This document shows, in pieces, positions 45,315 through 52,098 of a stretch of DNA of 52,098 bases. The notes under the pieces are model-generated. The model saw nothing but the letters and a program-made list of their open reading frames with translations. It did no database searches and was not told the origin of the DNA. The position numbers and the translations under genes are program-made. This DNA comes from Basidiobolus meristosporus CBS 931.73 (lineage: Eukaryota; Fungi; Basidiobolomycota). The DNA lies in assembly GCA_002104905.1 (NCBI GenBank), contig MCFE01000621.1:1-52098 (forward strand), written 5' to 3'. The stretch's first letter is position 1; the number at the start of each line of letters is the position of its first letter.

Positions 45315-47495
45315 ACTGATTCTACCCAAAAATCACAGGATAATTTCTGATCATAGATCAAAGTTCTTGTCATATCAATTATTGTGCTGTTTGCATGTTC
45401 TGCTGATCCATTTTGCTGTGGGGAGTATGGTACAGTAGTCTCTTGCTTTATCCCATGAATTTTGCAGAAGTGGATGAAGAGCTTGAGGTATACTCTCCAC
45501 CTTGGTCAGAGCGTATTTTCATGATTTTTTCACCATTTTCTCTCTCCACCATGGCTTTGAACTCCCTGAGCTTAGACAGAGCTTCTTCCTTTCTCTCCAT
45601 GAAGTAAACCTATGTGAATTCTGTATAATCATCAATAAAAGTGATTAAATACTTCATCCCACCTAAGGATAAATTTTGCATAGGTCCACACAGATCTGAG
45701 TGAATTAGATCTAATTTTTTCTTAGTTTTGATTAACCCAGAGCTCTTGAACAGTTGTCTGGCTTGTTTCCCATATATGCAGGCCTCACAGTGCTCCAAAT
45801 TAGCTGGGGGATCAATTTTTACTCCGGAAATTAGCTGATCTTTGATCATTTTGCACAAATAATCAAAATTTATGTGTCCAAATCTCCTGTGCCAAAGCAT
45901 TGGTGTTTCTTCATTTTAGCTACTTATATTGGCTTCCAAATATGATTGAATATAAGTCAACTTGTATAGATTCTGATCTCTGATACCCAAAGCAATATGG
46001 GCACCATTTTGATCAGTGACCCTGCATCCAGAATTGTCAAAGCTGAAACTGAGTCCTTCTGCAGTGGCCTTGCTTACAGATAGTAGGTTCTTGGCTATTT
46101 CTGGTACATGGAGTACTTCTTTAAAGGTCAGTGTATGGCTTCCTTCACTGATTCTAAGGTTTACTAGGATAGTTCCTTCTCCCACTGCATCAGGTGTTCT
46201 ATAGTCACCCATGAAAACCTTCTTAATTGGAATTTCTTGAAATTGGGTAAAAGTTCTTTTGGGTGTGTAAAGTGTTGAGATGCTCCAGAGTCAATATACC
46301 ACATCTGAGAATCCTTGTTTTTGGTCATATTTAGTGCAGATATGAATAGTCTATCTTCAGTTGTTGCAGCATTTCCATGTTCAGGCTTCTTTGGATGATT
46401 ATCTCTCTTTTTGAGACACCAGTCTGATGTGTGTCCTTTCCTTTTATATTGGTTGCAAAACAGGTTTCTGTTGCCTTTGTAGGGTCTTGGGTACCTCCTT
46501 TGCTGGTTATCATTGCTTATTAAAGCATCTTCTTCTTCCATCTTATTGGCGCTTGATTTTTTTGATTCTTCATCCAGTCACCTTCCATATAAGTAATTTA
46601 AGGTCAAATCTTTAGTTCTGGACTCTAGGGCTGATATAAGGCCCTGAAACTTGTCTGTCAGGCTATTCAGGATGGTAACTACCACATCCTCATCAGTAGG
46701 TGGTACACCCACAGATTCCATCTCATCTTCCATCAGGGTAATTCTGTTAATTAGGTTTTTCATTTCTTCTCTTGGCAGCATCTTTATAGTGAAGAATTTT
46801 TGTCTCAGATACATCTTCTTAGCAGCTGCACATGACTGGTAGGTGTCTTCTAATGCCTTCCAGGCATTCTTTGCCATTTTTGCTCTTGAGCATTGAATTA
46901 GCAATTTATCCTAAACATTGAGGCCAATGCAGTTAAAGGCACTTTGTTCTTTCTTCTGGTACTTTAAGGCTTCCTCTCCCACATTTTTAGGAGGGCATTC
47001 TTCTCCCATAACAATATCCCAAAGGCCTCTTTCTTGTAGCAGCATCTTCATCTTCACCTTCCACACTTGGTAGTTAGATCTATCCAACTTTTCAGCAGAG
47101 GGAAAAATTCCAGTAATAGCAGTAGTAGACATTGCAGAGAGTGACAGCTTGGGGCTCATAACCTGTTGTAAGAGTCTTGGAGATATTGGAAGTGATTGGG
47201 AGGACAAGTAGATTATGTGGTTTTCACTTAATGATTTATTGAATGTAAAAGTAGTATTTATACTTTTACATGATCTTGGCATAACAAGCACATATAATAG
47301 GTTAAGGAAGGTCCCAAGAGCATGTGTGCAAAGTTTGGGGCTGTTTGGACAACTTATCCAATTTTCATGATCTGGGTAAATATTCTAAGTAAATTCCGAC
47401 AAGGAATTTGGTCAGTATTCTCTAGGATTTGAAGGTAATGATCTAAGTGACTAAGTTAGGTGAATATTTAGGTGGAATTACAAGTTTTTACAACA
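45315..47495 (-). mobile_element. Copia-1 element H: 5' LTR, PBS, gag, PR, integrase start; 3'-truncated
   Basis: LTR at 47164-47495, PBS GGTTATGAGCCC at 47163-47152. ORFs 46911..47291, 46578..46904, 46164..46541 (WYIDSGASQH) and 45610..45900 (LWHRRFGH...ITFIDDY). Confidence 0.94.
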
Positions 47496-48084
47496 ATAGG
47501 CTTATATCCAAAACCCCTAGTACACTATATTAAGACAATCAATGATGAATACTACTAGGTAAATATCCAGCTTTTCATGCTAGAACAAAGGACATTAATA
47601 TCAGACACCACTTTGTATGGGATGCTTTAGGGAATAACCTAACTAACTTATCTTACTGTCCTACAAAAGAAAGGACAGCCAACATGTTCATCAATTCATT
47701 AGTTAGAGACAAATTTGAATAACTTGGATCACTGTTGGACATAACATAAATAGATATCTAGCTGAGTGAGAGTGTTGCAAACTCATGGTAACACCAAATA
47801 TTCACCTTACTCAGTTGCTTTCATGATTGTATTAAATCTTAGAGAATTCTGGCCAAACACCTTGTTGGGATTACCCAAACATGAGATTTCTCAAAGCTGT
47901 CTCAACAGCCCTAAACATTGCATGCCTGAAATTGGGATCTTTCTAAGCATATACTATGTATTGGTTTTTCCAAGATTATGTGAAAGTATAAATACTACAT
48001 TCACATCCAATTAATCATCATATGAAAATCATATATTGGCTTGTCCTCCCAATCACTTCCAATATCCCCAAAACTCTTACAGCA
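47496..48084 (+). mobile_element. Older Copia-1 3' end (RNase H tail, PPT, 3' LTR 47773-48084) in the opposite orientation to H
   Basis: Encodes FHARTKDINIRHHFV...YCPTK. GCTGAGTGAGAG|TGTTGC matches the element B junction GCTGAGTGGGAA|TGTTGT. Confidence 0.8.
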
Positions 48085-48087
48085 CAA

Positions 48088-48440
48088 TGTGCTTATGTTG
48101 TCAAGAACATGTAAAAGTATAAGCATCACCTTTACATCCAATAACGCATTCAGTGAAAACCGCATAATCTACTTGTTGTCCCAATCACTTCTGGTATCTC
48201 CAAAACTCTCACAATACTTCCCAATGCAGAAGTGATACTCACTGATTTACAAGAACCTGTGAAAACCAACATGTACAGTACGCTTATGAAAGCTCCAAGA
48301 TCTTGTGTATAATGTTTAGGGGCTTTAAGATAACTGGAGAACCACACACCTTGTAAAGCAGATTTTATATTAGGATCTTGCCAAGACCTTGGATTTTTAC
48401 ATTCAATAAATTATCTTGATGAATCTACATATCACCAAGT
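48088..48440. repeat. Three partial Copia-1 LTR pieces (+ 48088-48216, - 48225-48347, + ~48375-48440)
   Basis: Each aligns by eye to the 3' half or middle of the Copia-1 LTR. Confidence 0.65.
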
Positions 48441-49432
48441 AATCTAAGACACTCCTAAGCTCCTGCTGCTACTTTGAGCAAATCCGACAACAGAACATGT
48501 TGCGAAGGCTTTTTGGTAACTGGCAAATTTGCTTGCTAATACTCAATTGAAAAGTCATAGCGGCACTTTAAAAATACCAGTATTGCAACTATAAATATCA
48601 ACCAGGATTCAGTCAAAATTACAAAATTCATTTACTTTTGGTAACTCTGTCCTGCTGTCGTGATTGGAGTAAGGAGATATTCGCGCATTATTTGAGGCCA
48701 GTAAAATGGAAATATATGTGAGAGATCAGTAAAGCAAACCACCGATGAAGCCTCAATTTATGTGGGTATATGGCGATAATTTCAAGGCAGAGGCTTGATT
48801 GTCGGCTATCAGTTTGCTACTGTGTCAGGAGGAATAGTCGTAAACGTCCCACACTCTCAAAGTGGAGCCATTTCATGAAAACGGCTGTATAAGAAGTACG
48901 GTATCATGGCATATTTCAAAAGAACATAAGAACGATATAGGCTAGTAGATTCAACACTGTTACCTGACATGCGCCAAAACATGGGGAGCATCGTACTATG
49001 CTTGAGTCTGGTGGTAATCGCCATGCATCCAACTTTGCATATGAAGGAACACTTTAGGGGTACGCCATCTTCGCATTGGATTCATTCATCAATGTGAATC
49101 TAGCCTGCCTGTTCTTATAGTTACCCGCACACATGCTCAGCTCTTACCACCTTGCCTTAGCCTGCACCGACTCCCCATATTACCCCTGATCTCGCGCACT
49201 TGCTTCCTTAGATTACATATGCCGGAGATTATTGGAGGCCTATAATAAAGCACACGCACCCTAGTTCTTTGATTTTTTTTCTCGTAACTACTGTTAGGAG
49301 TGGATTTTTACAACGTGGAACTACTCGGTCTCCCCACCAACACCAACTTCATGGCTTCTGGCCAGACGAATCAATGATCGATTCTTATTTAGACTAAATC
49401 GAAGACACCATCACATTCTCCAGAACAATCAG

Positions 49433-49494
49433 GTTAGTCCCGGTCAAGAACCATACCAAGCCCACCTCTGACCCCCGTTCAACTAATTTTGTAG
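49433..49494 (+). other. Probable 5' UTR intron (62 nt) of the downstream gene
   Basis: Donor GTTAGT, branch ACTAAT, acceptor TTTTGTAG. Length matches the coding introns. Confidence 0.6.
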
Positions 49495-49525
49495 TGTTGC
49501 CCGCTATTTAAGTAATTCCCTCTCA

Positions 49526-50981
49526 ATGAAACCTTCATACGTGGCCTGGACAATTTGCAGAGCATCTCTACCTTTGATCCTTTCACTTAAATCTTTCCTG
49601 CCAACGTCTTCTGCATCCGCCACAACCACCACCACCACTTCTTGGCAAACATCTACGACTGCTGGATCAACATCGTTTACTTCCCAGTCGACTATAGCTT
49701 GGGATACAGAGAATATTTCCCAGACCATATCGGTGATACCACGAGATGGTATGTACTTTTACTGCCCGTCATATGGAAACCAAGTACAGGCCTAAACTTG
49801 CATTTTCTGAGCAGTGCTGGAGGAGAACTGTGGGCCGGATATCTACTGTCTACCGAAGGCTGATGATACATGGGTCATGGGGAAACTCCCCAGTGGTATG
49901 ATTCGATGGAACCATAACCACCCACTGTTCAAGGTGCAGGGCTATGTGGATGTTCGCCTTTTCGAGATGACCGACACCCGTAAGCCTGTCAAGGAGTGGA
50001 TCAACATACACAACAACGACGGTTTGCTGACCGTCAGCCTAACCAAGGATACGGACTGGTTTGCACTGACCCATGGCAACCGTGAGAACACCAGCATCAT
50101 GAGACAGTTTCGATTCTTGATCACTCCGCATGGCGACTGGGCAGAACATCAACCTTGGGGACCAATTTTCAACATAGAAGGTATGCACACTTGCTTTGCG
50201 ACCATACTCTGCGCTTGTTGATAACCTGATCCTCCGTTAGAGCCCCCATCATTCGCCATCCAACCATCCAATACCCATGCTACCGAGTCGGGGAAGCTAG
50301 CAAGAGATGCGCTTACCCCTTATGGCGCCAAGCCTACGTCTACGAATATCGAGGTAATGATCAGTAATGCTGATCCCTCACCCAATCAGGATAGGATACC
50401 CCCTTGGGTAGTTGTCGGTATTGGTGCCAGCTGCCTAGTTACAGTGCTTGTTAGTGCCATATATCCTTTTGAAATCTTTACGGTAGATGGTGTGAGCCGA
50501 GAGTTTCATTTGATTGATTATCTATTCCTTAATTCGAGGGCATACATTGATCTTTGTAGTACGTCGTCGCCACCCCCCAAAAACCATCAGCCTAACGTTT
50601 GATGATGTCGGTACATTACCAACCCATGGCCCAGACTCGTCAGATGAGAAGAAAAATCTAGAGGCCGATGGCGGATCCCATCAATTAATCGGAACTGATT
50701 CCGATCAGACTCCCAATTCGTTGCGGCTAACCGTGAAAGACGCCCGAATGATCGCCGATACCTATAGGCAGCTACTAAGAAAACCTAGCTGGAGTGGCAG
50801 GGACATCGAGACCCCCCAACGAACAAAATCGTATTACAGCGATGAACTGATGAAGCGGGAGTTAGCAGCCGAAGGAACTGGTGTGAAGCACGTTACGTGG
50901 ACAACATTGTCGGCGCCGGAAACAGTTCCCGAAGACCAGGAATGGTCCAGAAACAGTATATTCGTTGAGTCATCTGCTTAG
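49526..50981 (+). CDS. Spliced gene for a probable type I single-pass membrane protein of unknown function
   Basis: Exon 49526-49748 (hydrophobic N-terminus, Ser/Thr-rich), intron 49749-49814 (GTATGT..CAG, phase 1), exon 49815-50180, intron 50181-50240 (GTATGC..TAG, phase 1), exon from 50241 to the TM segment PPWVVVGIGASCLVTVL, then an unresolved intron, then the tail RRRHPPK...DARMIADTYRQLLRKPSW...ELMKRELAAEG to the stop at 50981. Both resolved introns join open frames exactly. Normal CpG content. Confidence 0.8.
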
Positions 50982-51215
50982 CGGAAATGTGTCGGCCTCT
51001 GCGCTATTCCCTCGTTTTCTTCTAAACCGGCTTTATTTAAGAAAATGATCATATACAATGATTAAAGATAGATTGCTTGTATCCCGCTGTAAATAGTCGA
51101 CTTGATAAAAAGATTTTGGGAACCTCAGTAGGAAGGCAGACAATGGTTAAATCATCATTATATGATTTCTGTCAATGACACATCCATTGGGTTTCTTCAT
51201 AGGTTCCAATGTTGT

Positions 51216-51286
51216 TCGCGCCTCGGGAATCGAACCCCTGACCCAGAGCATTGCTCCGAAATCACTGACCACTCAGCTAGCACGCT
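51216..51286 (-). pseudogene. tRNA-like element with intact Pol III A and B boxes but non-canonical cloverleaf
   Basis: A box TAGCTGAGTGG, B box GGTTCGATTCC at tRNA spacing, 4 bp D stem. The T stem pairs only 3 bp, the acceptor stem is imperfect and the anticodon loop lacks U33, so no anticodon is assigned. Confidence 0.55.
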
Positions 51287-52098
51287 TTTACGATTTAAGA
51301 TGGATATCATGTAATTTTATCTATTTACACTTTACATCTCGAATACCAATAGGTATCAATTTTGAAAAAAAAAAATGAACGTTTTGAACCGTGATTGTGT
51401 ACTACACACTCTCTCCACATGATTGACACTTGACAGTGTAACAGAACCTGTAGGATGTTCCTTGCCTACTCCAATGTTATCTGTGTAGATTGGACTGCCA
51501 ATACTGATAACACAATCAAAGTTTCGGAAATTTCTCGGCCTATGGATAGGATGCGTGTAGTGGTGGGTGTTTAGATATCTGGAAACAGACCAGTCGATCG
51601 AGGGTGATCCATACACTCTGACTCACAACTCTATCTACGGTGTAAACTTCCAATGACAGATTAGCCAAATTCTGGCATGCGGTCATAGATCGGCTTATCG
51701 TTTACCAGACAGCTACGGATACTCTGATATCTTATCATCGTGTCTCGCTTGCACTTGACTTTGACAGGAACCGTGCCTAGAATTTGATACCTTCCCCGCT
51801 AAACATAGAGTGTACACACTGAATACTGCAGGTGGATACTCGCCTCGATGACCGGAATACTGCGGTATGTTAGGAATTACGGCCATTGGATTGAAGGAAA
51901 TTAATATCAACTATAACCATATACAAATTCTTTATCATTCTATGGGTGTCGACTTTAATTGAGCCTAATCCTTTATTCTAAGTAACATCAATCTTTCCTA
52001 TTTTGGAGATAAACGATGAATTTTTCCACGGTCAGATAACAATATTGCAAGGTGAGAGAGAAAGAGCTCTGATTGGTGAAGCCAAGATCAGGTTTCAA

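Noticed and set aside
1-48480. Classical ascomycete RIP (CpA to TpA)
   Set aside because: CA and TG remain abundant while CG is what is missing. Some CAA/CAG-to-stop changes exist, so a minor CpA component cannot be excluded without counts.
50354-50389. 36 nt GTAATG...CAG in-frame candidate intron
   Set aside because: Much shorter than the 60-66 nt introns here and open in frame, so it cannot be decided without RNA data.
51380-52098. Possible exons of another gene (e.g. LAKFWHAVIDRLIVYQTATDTLISYHRV on +, with GTATGT and CAG sites)
   Set aside because: CpG-normal and plausible, but I could not build a consistent exon chain or recognise a domain. Left unannotated.
1-52098. CRISPR arrays, rRNA genes or prokaryotic operons
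   Set aside because: No regularly spaced short repeats or rRNA-like sequence. All repeats are explained by eukaryotic transposons.

Overview
Eukaryotic, most likely fungal, DNA. The taxon is inferred from 60-66 nt GT-AG introns and the style of the one host protein. Bases 1 to ~48.4 kb are a gene-free, almost CpG-free nest of decayed transposons, named informally here: two Ty1/copia families (Copia-1, Copia-2), a non-chromo Ty3/gypsy family in three copies (G1-G3, G1 nearly intact), one chromovirus (G4), several solo LTRs (families E, F, J), CACTA transposase remnants, an unclassified repeat (U), and a compact PHIS-type (PIF/Harbinger/ISL2EU-like) DDE transposon. That transposon has a related family of ~730 bp foldback elements sharing its termini and AAT/ATT target site. 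Many insertions can be ordered by target-site duplications (TSDs). After ~48.4 kb CpG content becomes normal, and the region holds one spliced gene for a probable single-pass membrane protein plus a tRNA-like A-box/B-box element. The most notable observations are the PHIS transposon plus foldback system (whose arms look homogenised within each copy), LTR families E/F carrying perfect heat-shock elements and CArG boxes, CG-centred target sites for LTR family F, and a copia element inserted in the last 5 bp of a gypsy LTR. All alignments were done by eye. Boundaries marked ~ are approximate, and no database search was possible.
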